Below are positions 1-9,931 of a DNA stretch of 64,000 nucleotides, one piece after another. A model generated the notes under the pieces. It saw nothing but the letters and a program-made list of their open reading frames with translations, searched no databases and was not told where the DNA came from. The DNA is from Anaerolineales bacterium (GTDB taxonomy: Bacteria > Chloroflexota > Anaerolineae > Anaerolineales > UBA11579). The position numbers and the translations under genes were made by a program. The stretch is taken from contig OY760067.1 in NCBI GenBank assembly GCA_963662985.1, positions 1,407,287-1,471,286 of the forward strand, in the 5' to 3' direction. Each line of letters starts with the position of its first letter. The stretch's first letter is position 1.

Positions 1-2631
1 TCTCGTAATCCTCGTTCCACTGTTGGGACTGTGACTGAAATCTATGATTATTTACGTCTACTATATGCACGCGCCGGCGTCCCGCATTGTCCTGAATGTG
101 GACGTGAAGTTACGCAGCAATCAGCCCAAGAAATTGTGGAAGCAATTCAATCTTTTCCCGAAGATAGCCGTATCATTTTGTTAGCACCGATTATCAAACA
201 TCGTAAAGGCACCCATCAAGCAGTTTTTGATGAGATTCAAAAAGCTGGCTTCACGCGTGTGCGTGTGGATGGCGTGATGCATGATTTGGAAGATGAATTT
301 GATTTAGATCGTTATAAAAACCATTCCATTGATGCTGTGGTAGATCGTTTGATTATTCGCAAAGGGGAGGATCAAGAAGAAAAAGATGCTTTCCTTTCTC
401 GTCTCACAGATTCCGTGGAAACTGCGCTTCGTTTTGGAGATGGTTATTTGATCTTACAAGATGTGACCCAAGATAATCCCCAAGATTACTCTTATTCTGA
501 ACATCTATCATGCCCAGAACATGGTTCCACTGTGCCAGAGATTGAACCTCGCACTTTTTCATTTAATACACCTCATGGTGCTTGCCCCACCTGCCAAGGG
601 TTGGGAACAAAAATGGAAATCGATATTGACCTGCTAATACCTGATAAGTCTGTCTCTCTCAAAAACGGGGCGATTATTGCAGGTGAATTTTCTGGTCCAC
701 GTAAAGAAGGTGGCTACTACTGGTCGATGTTAGAAGGTGCAGCCAAGGCATTCAATATCTCTTTAGATAAACCTGTTAACCAACTAACAGATGCTGAATT
801 AGATATTATTCTCTACGGCACCAAAGGCAAAGCGATTGATATTCATTATAACCATAAAAGTGGGCGAGAATATGTGTTCACTCGTAAATTTGAAGGCGTG
901 ATCAACAATTTAATGCGCCGATTCCGTGAGACACAAAGTGAAGGCATGCGCCAATATTTTATGGAATTTATGGATGACAGACCTTGCCCTGAATGTAAGG
1001 GTGCACGTTTGCGCAAAGAAGCATTAGCCGTTACATTGTTAGATCAAAATATTTTAGAAATTACTACATTGCCAATTTCTGATTTGATGGATTGGGTTAA
1101 TTTGTTATCTGGCAAAGACACTCCTCTTTCTCAACGTGATCAGATCATCGCACAACGCATTCTCAAAGAATTACAAGAACGAGTCCGTTTTATGATGGAT
1201 GTGGGCTTAGAATACCTCACCCTCAATCGCTCCGCTGTCACCCTCTCTGGTGGAGAAGCGCAGCGTATTCGTTTAGCTACACAAATCGGTTCTCGTTTAA
1301 TGGGGGTGCTTTATGTTTTAGATGAACCTTCGATTGGGTTGCATCCACGAGATAACCAACGGCTGCTCAACACTCTCAAAGATCTGCGAGATATTGGCAA
1401 TACAGTCTTGGTAGTGGAACATGATGAAGAGACAATCGAAGAAGCTGATTTTATCGTCGATATGGGACCTGGTGCAGGTGAGCTTGGTGGGGAAGTGGTA
1501 GTGGCAGGTACTGTTGAAGAAGTGCTTCAACATCCCACTTCACATACTGCTGCTTATCTTTCTGGCCGAAAATATATTCCTGTTCCTGAAAAAAGACGAG
1601 AAGGAAATGGACATTCTATTCGCATTATTAATGCACATCAAAACAACTTAAAAAATCTTGATGTAGAGATTCCTTTAGGTGAAATGGTGTGTGTAACTGG
1701 CGTTTCTGGTTCTGGAAAGTCATCTTTAGTCAACGAGATTCTTTATGAATCTTTGGCACATAGCCTCAATCGAGCTAAAACGCGCCCAGGTGCACATGAC
1801 CGCATCGAAGGCATTGAAAATTTGGATAAGATCATTAATATAGATCAATCTCCTATTGGCCGCACCCCTCGCTCCAATCCTAGCACTTATGTGGGCTTGT
1901 TTGATTTGATTCGCCAGGTTTTTGCAGAATTACCTGAATCTAAAATTCGAGGATATAAACAAGGACGTTTTTCTTTCAATGTGAAAGGTGGGCGTTGTGA
2001 AGCATGTAAAGGTCATGGGCAATTGACGATTGAAATGCAATTCTTGCCAGATGTCTATGTACCTTGTGATGTTTGCCATGGGACACGTTTCAATCGGGAA
2101 ACTCTTCAAGTGCGTTTCAAAGGAAAAAACATCGCCGATGTGCTTGAAATGCCCATAGATCAAGCGGTCGATTTTTTCTCAGCCCACCCGCGTATGCAAA
2201 GTAAATTGCAAACGCTTGTCGATGTCGGTTTAGGTTATATTCGCATTGGACAACCCGCTCCCACTCTTTCTGGTGGGGAAGCACAACGTGTGAAACTTGC
2301 CAAAGAGCTCTCTAAACGATCAACTGGCAAAACTATCTATGTCTTAGATGAACCGTCTGTCGGGTTGCATTCTGCAGATGTTCACAAATTAGTGGAAGTG
2401 CTGCATCGCTTAGTGGATGAAGGAAATTCTGTGGTGATTATTGAGCATAACCTAGACATTGTCAAAGTTGCCGATTATATTATTGACCTTGGCCCTGAAG
2501 GAGGTGCACGGGGCGGTGAAATCATCGTCACTGGCACACCTGAACAGGTCGCCCAACATCCCACTTCACACACAGGACAATTTCTTAAGCCTGTATTGGA
2601 GAAGAATAAGAAGGTTCAACAACAAAAATGA
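1..2631 (+). CDS. uvrA: Excinuclease ABC subunit A (5' truncated by window edge)
   Basis: Frame open from base 1 (SRNPRSTVGT); two LSGGEAQR ABC signatures, GVSGSGKS Walker A, CxxC zinc fingers. Confidence 0.98.
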   Translation, partial: SRNPRSTVGTVTEIYDYLRLLYARAGVPHCPECGREVTQQSAQEIVEAIQSFPEDSRIILLAPIIKHRKGTHQAVFDEIQKAGFTRVRVDGVMHDLEDEFDLDRYKNHSIDAVVDRLIIRKGEDQEEKDAFLSRLTDSVETALRFGDGYLILQDVTQDNPQDYSYSEHLSCPEHGSTVPEIEPRTFSFNTPHGACPTCQGLGTKMEIDIDLLIPDKSVSLKNGAIIAGEFSGPRKEGGYYWSMLEGAAKAFNISLDKPVNQLTDAELDIILYGTKGKAIDIHYNHKSGREYVFTRKFEGVINNLMRRFRETQSEGMRQYFMEFMDDRPCPECKGARLRKEALAVTLLDQNILEITTLPISDLMDWVNLLSGKDTPLSQRDQIIAQRILKELQERVRFMMDVGLEYLTLNRSAVTLSGGEAQRIRLATQIGSRLMGVLYVLDEPSIGLHPRDNQRLLNTLKDLRDIGNTVLVVEHDEETIEEADFIVDMGPGAGELGGEVVVAGTVEEVLQHPTSHTAAYLSGRKYIPVPEKRREGNGHSIRIINAHQNNLKNLDVEIPLGEMVCVTGVSGSGKSSLVNEILYESLAHSLNRAKTRPGAHDRIEGIENLDKIINIDQSPIGRTPRSNPSTYVGLFDLIRQVFAELPESKIRGYKQGRFSFNVKGGRCEACKGHGQLTIEMQFLPDVYVPCDVCHGTRFNRETLQVRFKGKNIADVLEMPIDQAVDFFSAHPRMQSKLQTLVDVGLGYIRIGQPAPTLSGGEAQRVKLAKELSKRSTGKTIYVLDEPSVGLHSADVHKLVEVLHRLVDEGNSVVIIEHNLDIVKVADYIIDLGPEGGARGGEIIVTGTPEQVAQHPTSHTGQFLKPVLEKNKKVQQQK

Positions 2632-3086
2632 AAACCATCGCCATCCTCAGTGATACTCATGGTTTGCTTCGTCCAGAGGTTTACCCTCACTTAGAAGGTG
2701 TTACACATATTTTTCACGCAGGGGATGTCGGCAATAAATCGATCTTAGATCGCTTGATAAAATATGCACCTGTTACAGCCATTCTCGGCAACACAGATTA
2801 TGCTTTTTTAGGTTTGTCTCATACAGAATTGGTTGAAGTAGCAGGGGTTCACTTTTATCTTCAACACATTGCGGAAGATCTAAACTTGGATCCTGTTGCA
2901 TCTGGCATTGATGTTGTCATTAACGGGCATACGCATCAACCAAGTATCAGCAGAAAAGACGGTGTACTTTATCTAAACCCCGGAAGCGCTAGCCATCCCC
3001 GTGGCGGCACAAAACCCAGTATGATTCTTTTAGATATTATTCCTAACAAACCGCTTGAACCCCGTATTCTTACACTTCTTCCATAG
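2628..3086 (+). CDS. YfcE-family metallophosphoesterase
   Basis: SDTH, HAGD, GN, GHTH and NPGS motifs; ATGA-type overlap with the uvrA 3' end. Confidence 0.9.
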   Translation: MKTIAILSDTHGLLRPEVYPHLEGVTHIFHAGDVGNKSILDRLIKYAPVTAILGNTDYAFLGLSHTELVEVAGVHFYLQHIAEDLNLDPVASGIDVVINGHTHQPSISRKDGVLYLNPGSASHPRGGTKPSMILLDIIPNKPLEPRILTLLP

Positions 3087-3109
3087 TCGTTCTGCGGTAA
3101 AATGAATAC

Positions 3110-4042
3110 ATGTCAAAAATATTTCTTTGTGGTCATACCAACATTGAAACTACGCTCCAAGTCGACCAATTTCCAATAGAATATACACCTGTTCATTACA
3201 CTTTTGATCGGGTGGCGTCTACCATTTCAGGGGTAGGAATTAACATTGCGACCGCTTTAAAGGCGCTTGGAGACGATCTTGATTTTTGTACAGTCATTGG
3301 TGATGACATTCATCAACATGCGGTCAAAGCCTATTTTAAAAATCAAAACCTATCTGATAAATTTTTATTCCAATTAGCTTCTGAAACTTCGCAGTCTGTA
3401 ATTTTATATGATCCCTCTGGGAAACGTCAGATCAATGTCGATCTTAAAAATTTACAAACCCTGCAACTCCCCCAAGAAACAATAACTCCCTCACTGTTAG
3501 ATGCTGATTTAGCGATTCTTTGTAATATTAATTATTCTCGTCCGATGTTGTCTATTGCGAAGGATCATCATATTCCGATCGCGGTCGATTGCCACACTAT
3601 CGGATCTTTAGAAGATGAATTTAATCAAGACTATATGCAGGCAGCTGATATTCTATTTATGAGTGATGAGCATATTCCGTTATCACGTAAGGAATGGATG
3701 GTGGCTGTGATGCAGCGTTTTGCACCAAAGATCTTTATATTAGGCTGTGGAAAAGATGGTTCTCTGATGATCTTACGCGATGATGATGCCATCTATCACA
3801 CCAATGCATTTGCCCCTCGTTTAATCCTCAATACGATTGGTGCTGGAGATGCTTTATTCTCTTCATTTGTTCATTTTTATCTTTTACTAGAAAACCCTTT
3901 GGCGGCAATTCAACGTGCTTCTTTGTATGCGGGATATAAAATTGGCGAGAGATCTGCATCACAAGGATTACTCTCTTCCGAAGCTTTTGAACAACTTTTT
4001 CAAACTCATCATCAGGAGATTAAAGTATGCAAATACGAGTAG
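3110..4042 (+). CDS. PfkB/ribokinase-family carbohydrate kinase
   Basis: N-terminal SGVGIN and C-terminal NTIGAGD motifs. Confidence 0.88.
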   Translation: MSKIFLCGHTNIETTLQVDQFPIEYTPVHYTFDRVASTISGVGINIATALKALGDDLDFCTVIGDDIHQHAVKAYFKNQNLSDKFLFQLASETSQSVILYDPSGKRQINVDLKNLQTLQLPQETITPSLLDADLAILCNINYSRPMLSIAKDHHIPIAVDCHTIGSLEDEFNQDYMQAADILFMSDEHIPLSRKEWMVAVMQRFAPKIFILGCGKDGSLMILRDDDAIYHTNAFAPRLILNTIGAGDALFSSFVHFYLLLENPLAAIQRASLYAGYKIGERSASQGLLSSEAFEQLFQTHHQEIKVCKYE

Positions 4043-4680
4043 AGAAGCTGCTTAGTTATGTGGCATTTGTGAGTGTGATTGTTATAGTTGTTGGATCGAT
4101 TCTCACCTCTTTTGCCTATACTGGAGAAGCAGGGGAAGCTTATTCTATGTTGAATCATTATATTTCAGAACTTGGAGAGTTAAGCCAGTCAGAATGGGCA
4201 CCGGTTTTTAATTCTAGTTTGATTATTGGTGGGATTGGACTTACATTTTTTATGATTCTTTTAGGTATCAATTTGCGCCATTGGTTTGCTTGGATTGCTT
4301 CAGCAGTTGGTGTTTATGCTGGCATCAATTGCACCTTAGTAGGGTTTATTCCAATGGATACTATCCAACCTCATTATAAAGTTGCCATGGACTTTTTCTT
4401 TTATGGGATGATTTCAGTTGGTTTATATTCGATGTTTTTTCTCTTTTTTAGCCGTGGAAAACATCCCAAATTCTTAGCTATTCCAGGGATGATTGCTGCT
4501 GCTAGTTTTGCGAGCTTTCTTTATCTCCCTAGCTCCACTTTGCAACCCATTCCTGCAGCAGATCGTCCTCCCTTTCTCTTGATCACATTTCTTGAATGGA
4601 TGATTTTCATCACAGTTTTGATTTGGGTAGTCATTGTTGCTAGTTATTTTTTGAAAAAAGGCTCAATTAATCAAAAATAA
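4027..4680 (+). CDS. Multi-pass membrane protein, DUF998-like
   Basis: About 6 hydrophobic segments; YISELG motif after the first helix. Confidence 0.65.
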   Translation: MQIRVEKLLSYVAFVSVIVIVVGSILTSFAYTGEAGEAYSMLNHYISELGELSQSEWAPVFNSSLIIGGIGLTFFMILLGINLRHWFAWIASAVGVYAGINCTLVGFIPMDTIQPHYKVAMDFFFYGMISVGLYSMFFLFFSRGKHPKFLAIPGMIAAASFASFLYLPSSTLQPIPAADRPPFLLITFLEWMIFITVLIWVVIVASYFLKKGSINQK

Positions 4681-4740
4681 GACCGCTTGCAAGCTACTCA
4701 ATAGGTTGATAGAATTAATCAAAATTAGGAGAGTGCGATT

Positions 4741-5673
4741 ATGACAAATACAGATCTAGAATTAAAAAAACGCCAACGCCAACGCTATACCCCATTTATT
4801 ATGATGATCGTCGCAGCAATCATTTTGGGGCTTGGTGTCGTATTTGGCATATTATGGTTTTCAGGTGCAACAACAGATTTTAGTTTCGTCCGCGCCAAAG
4901 CGACATCCACATCCACTTCTACAGTTACTCCTGTGGTAGCCATGACATGGGTGCCATCAGCCACTCCTTCCCCCACCTTGATTCCTTCAATCACACCTAC
5001 TTTTGGTCCTAGCCCAACGGCTTTAGTGCCGTTTCCTTACGTGGTGCAAGATGGCGATACAGTTTACACATTAGCAGAAAAATTTGGACTAGATCCTGAT
5101 ACTGGTTATCTTGATATTATGTGGACCAACAGCATGGGTGGAAGCACTTATCTTGCCGTTGGAGAAGAAATATTAATTCCGGATCCTAATACTAGAAGAC
5201 CTACCGCTACACCTTTGCCAGCAGATACCGTACCCGGCACATTGATTAACTATACTGTTTTACCCGGTGACTTACTAAGTTTGATTGCCGATGAATTCTA
5301 TTCTTCTGTGGATGATATTCTGACTCAAAATAATATTGCTGACGCAGATTATATCCAACCTGGCGACGTTTTGCAGATCCCTGTTTTTTCTGCAGGCACA
5401 CCTGCGCCTGACCAACCAACCGCCACTCCGCAACCCACACTTGGTCCCACAGCAGATCCAAATGCAACTGCCACACCCTTACCAGCAGACCTCCCCATTG
5501 GAACGATTGTTCAATACACTGTACAACAAGGAGATTATCTTTCCACAATTGCTGATGAATTCTACACAACTGTGGATGAGATTAAAACGATTAACGAACT
5601 AGACGACGCTTCTTATATTTTTGTCGGACAGGTTTTGGATATCCCAGTATATACGGCTGGACGTCCTGAATAA
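4741..5673 (+). CDS. Membrane-anchored protein with three LysM domains and Pro/Thr-rich linkers
   Basis: N-terminal TM; YVVQDGDT, YTVLPGD and YTVQQGD LysM starts; PTATP linkers. Confidence 0.9.
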   Translation: MTNTDLELKKRQRQRYTPFIMMIVAAIILGLGVVFGILWFSGATTDFSFVRAKATSTSTSTVTPVVAMTWVPSATPSPTLIPSITPTFGPSPTALVPFPYVVQDGDTVYTLAEKFGLDPDTGYLDIMWTNSMGGSTYLAVGEEILIPDPNTRRPTATPLPADTVPGTLINYTVLPGDLLSLIADEFYSSVDDILTQNNIADADYIQPGDVLQIPVFSAGTPAPDQPTATPQPTLGPTADPNATATPLPADLPIGTIVQYTVQQGDYLSTIADEFYTTVDEIKTINELDDASYIFVGQVLDIPVYTAGRPE

Positions 5674-5688
5674 ATTTTTTACTAAAAT

Positions 5689-5718
5689 AAAAAAGCTCCG
5701 TATAACGGAGCTTTTTTT
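5689..5718. terminator. Bidirectional intrinsic terminator between the LysM gene and trxA
   Basis: AAAAAAGCTCCG-TATAA-CGGAGCTTTTTTT. Confidence 0.85.
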
Positions 5719-5735
5719 ATCCTCTTAAATTATCT

Positions 5736-6074
5736 CTAGAAAAGAGATTCAAATTCTTTTGCAATCTTATTCTTTGGTTTAAAACCCACAATCGTGCTTT
5801 TTACCTCATTATCTTTGAATAACATCAAAGTAGGAACGCCCATCACCCCAAATTGTTGTGGCACAGTAGGGGTTTGATCAATATCAATTTTATAGACTTG
5901 TGCTTTTCCTTCCCATTCTTCTGCTAATTGTTCAACCACAGGCTCAAGCATCTTGCAAGGACCACACCAAGTGGCACTAAAATCAATCACTACGGGTGTT
6001 TTTGTTGTGCGTAAAATATCCTTGAATTCTTCTTCAGAAATTACTTTAATTGTACTCATCATACCTTCTTTCAT
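5736..6074 (-). CDS. trxA: Thioredoxin
   Basis: WCGPC active site and VPT cis-Pro loop; the start may be one of the downstream Met codons. Confidence 0.95.
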   Translation of the reverse strand: MKEGMMSTIKVISEEEFKDILRTTKTPVVIDFSATWCGPCKMLEPVVEQLAEEWEGKAQVYKIDIDQTPTVPQQFGVMGVPTLMLFKDNEVKSTIVGFKPKNKIAKEFESLF

Positions 6075-6210
6075 GGGAGATGTTAGCTGAATCTAGATAG
6101 TTAATATTAAACGTCACACTAATTCGTGTCAAGATTATTGACGGATATGTGACAAGATGTTACAATGTTCTCCGCTAAACAACCAGCTTTGAAAAAAGCT
6201 TTGTTAGCAA

Positions 6211-6282
6211 GGGCGTGTAGCTCAATGGTAGAGCAGTGGCCTTTTAAGCCATTGGTTGCGGGTTCGAGTCCCTCCACGCTCA
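6211..6282 (+). tRNA. tRNA-Lys (anticodon UUU)
   Basis: GGGCGTG/CACGCTC acceptor stem, GCTC/GAGC D stem, GTGGC-CTTTTAA-GCCAT anticodon arm, TTCGAGT T loop (one T-stem mismatch); CCA not encoded; TTGACG-17-TACAAT promoter upstream. Confidence 0.95.
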
Positions 6283-6284
6283 CA

Positions 6285-6313
6285 AAAAATCGATCTTCAA
6301 GGTCGATTTTTTT
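6285..6313. terminator. Bidirectional terminator after tRNA-Lys
   Basis: AAAAATCGATC-TTCAA-GGTCGATTTTTTT. Confidence 0.75.
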
Positions 6314-6342
6314 GTTTAATCTTTTATTTTTATTTCCTTTAT

Positions 6343-6753
6343 TTATTTCTTATTTTCGACATACGCTTTGAAATTATCCAAAATCGCTTGCCAACCGGCT
6401 TCTTGTTGGGCAGCTGTGTGGGTATCTTCCGTTTCAAACGTTTGTACTACCTGCGTGCCTTCTTGGTGAACAGAAAACAACACCGAGGTCATCCGCCCAT
6501 CATCGAGCATACTTGCCAAAAACTCATAGGGACGTACTACCATATACCGACCCCCTAGATCAAATCCAGCAGATCCATCCTTTGCTTCCATTCGAAAGCG
6601 ATATTTTCCATCTAAGCGAAGATCAATCTCAGCTGCAGGGCAGCACCAATCTTCTGATGCAAAATTCCATTGGGTCACATCTTCAGCAGTTGTCCATGCA
6701 TCCCACACTTTTTCAAGAGGGGCATGCACAATCGTTTCAATTGTAATTTCCAT
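6343..6753 (-). CDS. SRPBCC/AHSA1-family protein
   Basis: APLEKVWDAWT...W and GWQAILDNFK pattern. Confidence 0.88.
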   Translation of the reverse strand: MEITIETIVHAPLEKVWDAWTTAEDVTQWNFASEDWCCPAAEIDLRLDGKYRFRMEAKDGSAGFDLGGRYMVVRPYEFLASMLDDGRMTSVLFSVHQEGTQVVQTFETEDTHTAAQQEAGWQAILDNFKAYVENKK

Positions 6754-6888
6754 CGTTTTTCCTCATTCATATGGATAAAAATCAATAAATTTAACCAATA
6801 GACGCGGGCTTTTGAAAATTATTACAACATTTTTTCAATATCTCATGCTTTTTTTGATTTGATTAATAAAAAATGAGCGCAAAAAAAA

Positions 6889-6918
6889 CTTTATAGAATC
6901 TTTATTTATTTTTACTAT
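6889..6918 (+). promoter_or_regulatory. Putative OmpR-type direct-repeat site and -10 element upstream of lanF
   Basis: CTTTAT at 6889 and 6900 (11-bp period), then TACTAT; an OmpR-family regulator lies in the same block. Confidence 0.4.
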
Positions 6919-6947
6919 CCTAGAACCAACAAGAAAGGATTTATTAA

Positions 6948-7646
6948 ATGAATGATTATATACTTGAAACAAAAAATTTGACCAAAAAATTTGGCAAACA
7001 ACTAGCAGTTAATCAAATAAATTTGCAAATTAAACGAAACTCTATCTATGGACTGCTTGGCCCGAATGGTGCTGGAAAAACAACCACGTTAAAAATGATT
7101 ATTGGTCTGTTGAAGCCCTCGCAAGGGGAAATTTTTTTTAATCAACAAGCATGGCAACGAAAACATCTCGCCCATATTGGTTCATTGATTGAATCACCGG
7201 CCTTATATGGAAACCTGACTGCCGTGGAAAATCTTAAAATTCATACCACTTTGCTTGGGCTTCCGAAAGAAAAAATTGAGCAGGTCTTGGAGGTTGTCGA
7301 TTTACAAAATACAGGGAAAAAGACAGCTGCAAAATTTTCGATGGGCATGAAACAACGACTGGGAATTGCAATTGCATTGTTGAATAATCCTAGTTTGTTG
7401 ATTTTAGACGAACCTACGAATGGTTTGGATCCGTTTGGGATTCAAGAGTTGCGTTCGTTAATTGCATCTTTTCCGCAAAAAGGGATTAGTGTAATTCTTT
7501 CAAGCCATATTTTGCCGGAAGTGGCGCAAGTGGTTGATCATGTTGGCATTATTAATCAAGGTAAATTGCTTTATCAAGGTGAAAATCAAAATCATCAGAA
7601 TTTAGAGAATTTATTCATTGAGGTCATCAAAGGAGCACGACAATGA
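6948..7646 (+). CDS. Lantibiotic protection ABC transporter ATPase (LanF/MutF-like)
   Basis: GPNGAGKT; IGSLIESP E-loop typical of LanF; FSMGMKQRLG; DEPTNGLD. Confidence 0.9.
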   Translation: MNDYILETKNLTKKFGKQLAVNQINLQIKRNSIYGLLGPNGAGKTTTLKMIIGLLKPSQGEIFFNQQAWQRKHLAHIGSLIESPALYGNLTAVENLKIHTTLLGLPKEKIEQVLEVVDLQNTGKKTAAKFSMGMKQRLGIAIALLNNPSLLILDEPTNGLDPFGIQELRSLIASFPQKGISVILSSHILPEVAQVVDHVGIINQGKLLYQGENQNHQNLENLFIEVIKGARQ

Positions 7647-8404
7647 TAAATGCATTAAAAGCTGAATTTCAAAAATATAGAAGGACATTTGCCATCAAGT
7701 TGATTGTTCTTTCTCCTTTGGTCGTAGTCGGTTTTGCAACAATCCAAAAATTGATTGCTGGCCCCAATAGCGACCTAGGGACTATGCAATATTTTTTAGA
7801 TTTAATCTTCAATTGGTGGACACTTTTATTTATTCCATTAGGAGTGGCATTGCTAACTATCTTGGTAAATAATCAAGAGAAGAAAGCAGGGCACTATCGT
7901 AGTTTGAATAGTCACGCCTTTCCGCCTGCAAGAATTTGGATGAGCAAAATTTTGGTACTTAGTATTCTTCTCTTAATTTCATCGATAATTTTAATTTTAT
8001 CGACAGGAATTATGGGGATTTTATTGTCAGATAGCCCTATCCCTTGGAAGCAAATCATCTCTGGGGCTATCGTAACTTGGTTTGTGTCTTCCTCCCTGAT
8101 TACCCTGCAATTATGGGTGGCTACCCTTGGTGGAGTGGTTTTGAGCATTGGATTGAGCTTTTTTGGGTTTATATTAAGTCTTTTTGCAACAGAAACTTCA
8201 ATTTGGTGGGCAGTGCCTTGGAGCTGGTCTTTAAGATTAATGGGGCCGATAATTGGTGTTCGCACTAATGGGTTGCCGTTAGAGAGCGCAGATCCCTTAA
8301 TGGACCCCTCTGTAATCTTCGTTGGCATGTTAGTTTCTTGTATTGTTTTTATCAGTTGTACGGCTCTTTCAGCGCTGTGGTTCAACAAACGTGAGGTGCG
8401 ATAA
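7643..8404 (+). CDS. Lantibiotic immunity ABC permease (LanE/MutE-like)
   Basis: AEFQK start, NWW and PWSW motifs, GVRTNGLP loop, 6 TMs; overlaps lanF. Confidence 0.85.
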   Translation: MINALKAEFQKYRRTFAIKLIVLSPLVVVGFATIQKLIAGPNSDLGTMQYFLDLIFNWWTLLFIPLGVALLTILVNNQEKKAGHYRSLNSHAFPPARIWMSKILVLSILLLISSIILILSTGIMGILLSDSPIPWKQIISGAIVTWFVSSSLITLQLWVATLGGVVLSIGLSFFGFILSLFATETSIWWAVPWSWSLRLMGPIIGVRTNGLPLESADPLMDPSVIFVGMLVSCIVFISCTALSALWFNKREVR

Positions 8405-9171
8405 TGAAATCACTCTATACCGAATGGCTCAAACTCAAACATACCCCCATTCAATTCCTGATTTTGATTACCCCTTTCATCTACGCTGCTTTATTGGTGC
8501 TTTATGCGAGAATTCGCCAAGCCTCTTCTATTTCTGAACAATTTACTTTTCAATTGTTTTTTGAAGGGGCTGCGGTGCTTGTAATCCCAGTGGCCGTAGC
8601 GATTCTAGCGGGTTTGATAATCTATCAAGAAGAGCTAGCAGGAAGTTTTAATGGATTCCTTAATTCCAGCAAACCTAGATATCAACTTTTTCTGAGAAAA
8701 ATAAGTTGGATGACGCTTATTATTGCATATGAAATTTATATGTCTACCCTCTTATTTGGGGTGGGACTCTCACTTTTTACTACCGTCGCTCTCCCATGGC
8801 GCATCCTTTGGGTTTCGGCAACCTTGATTTTTGTAGCCACTTTGCCATTAATCGAGCTTCAAACTTGGCTAAGTTTTGGATGGGGTGTGGGGGCTTCAAT
8901 CGGTGCAGGCGTGGTGGGGGTGCTCTTTGCTGGTATTGTTGGAGGAACTGGGATTGGAGACGCTTTTTGGCAATTTATTCCCCCTGCATGGCCAATCCGA
9001 TTGGTAAAAACATATGAGTTGATGTACTATTTAGGTGATGAAGCCCCTCTTGAATTACTTCAAAATCAATTTAATCTGGGTTTGATTGCGATTATGGCCT
9101 CTTTGCTGATATTGGCAATTGGTGCTTCGGTTTGGTTCACCCAATGGGAAGGGCGCCAACACTACGAATAA
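8404..9171 (+). CDS. Lantibiotic immunity ABC permease (LanG/MutG-like)
   Basis: EWLKLKHT start, QEELAGSF, TGIGD..W..IP..W motif, W.GR terminus. Confidence 0.85.
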   Translation: MKSLYTEWLKLKHTPIQFLILITPFIYAALLVLYARIRQASSISEQFTFQLFFEGAAVLVIPVAVAILAGLIIYQEELAGSFNGFLNSSKPRYQLFLRKISWMTLIIAYEIYMSTLLFGVGLSLFTTVALPWRILWVSATLIFVATLPLIELQTWLSFGWGVGASIGAGVVGVLFAGIVGGTGIGDAFWQFIPPAWPIRLVKTYELMYYLGDEAPLELLQNQFNLGLIAIMASLLILAIGASVWFTQWEGRQHYE

Positions 9172-9230
9172 ATTGCAATAAATCGATAAAATTTTAAAGC
9201 TTGTTTATGGAAAACAAGTAGGACACTTTG

Positions 9231-9923
9231 ATGAGTAAAATATTGATTATTGATGATGAAAAAGATATTGTGAATTTGTTGTCCGATCAATTAACTGCAA
9301 AAGGACATCAAGTTTTAGCGGCCTATGATGGCGAACAAGGGATAGAATTAGCAAAACAACAACCAGATCTAATTCTCTTGGATATAATGATGCCTAAAGT
9401 GAATGGCTTTGAATTTTGTAATCAAATTCGTGATGAGCTATTTTGCCCAATTCTCTTTTTAAGTGCAAAGCAATCAGAAAGCGACAAAATCAAAGCGCTC
9501 AACCTTGGGGGCGATGATTATATCACCAAGCCATTTGGTCTGCGCGAACTGATTGCCAAAATAGAAGCAAACTTGCGCCGTGAAAAACGATCTCAATATC
9601 TCAATACAGCCAATAAGCGAACAAAACTTTATTTTGGTGACTTAAGTGTAGATAGTAAAGGCTGTGAGGTTAGAATTGCTGGAGAAAAAATTGATTTCAC
9701 CAAAAGGGAATATGAAATAGTGGAGTTTTTGGCCTTCAATTCAGGTCAAGTTTTTTCAAGAGAGCAAATCTATGAGCAAATTTGGGGATATGGCACGAAT
9801 GGGATTGCAAACACAGTCGTAGAGCATATCAAAAAAATAAGAGCAAAACTCTCACAATATGCGCCATCAGTAGAGTATATCTCTACTGTATGGGGCATTG
9901 GGTATAAGTGGAATCGTTTCTAG
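9231..9923 (+). CDS. OmpR-family response regulator (LanR/SpaR-like)
   Basis: DDE, LLDIMMP, DDYITKPF, TVWGIGY; ATG 7 nt after AGGA. Confidence 0.93.
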   Translation: MSKILIIDDEKDIVNLLSDQLTAKGHQVLAAYDGEQGIELAKQQPDLILLDIMMPKVNGFEFCNQIRDELFCPILFLSAKQSESDKIKALNLGGDDYITKPFGLRELIAKIEANLRREKRSQYLNTANKRTKLYFGDLSVDSKGCEVRIAGEKIDFTKREYEIVEFLAFNSGQVFSREQIYEQIWGYGTNGIANTVVEHIKKIRAKLSQYAPSVEYISTVWGIGYKWNRF

Positions 9924-9931
9924 GAACTTAG

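Noticed and set aside
6165-6558. ORFs of 68 and 100 aa
   Set aside because: They overlap tRNA-Lys and the SRPBCC gene; spurious
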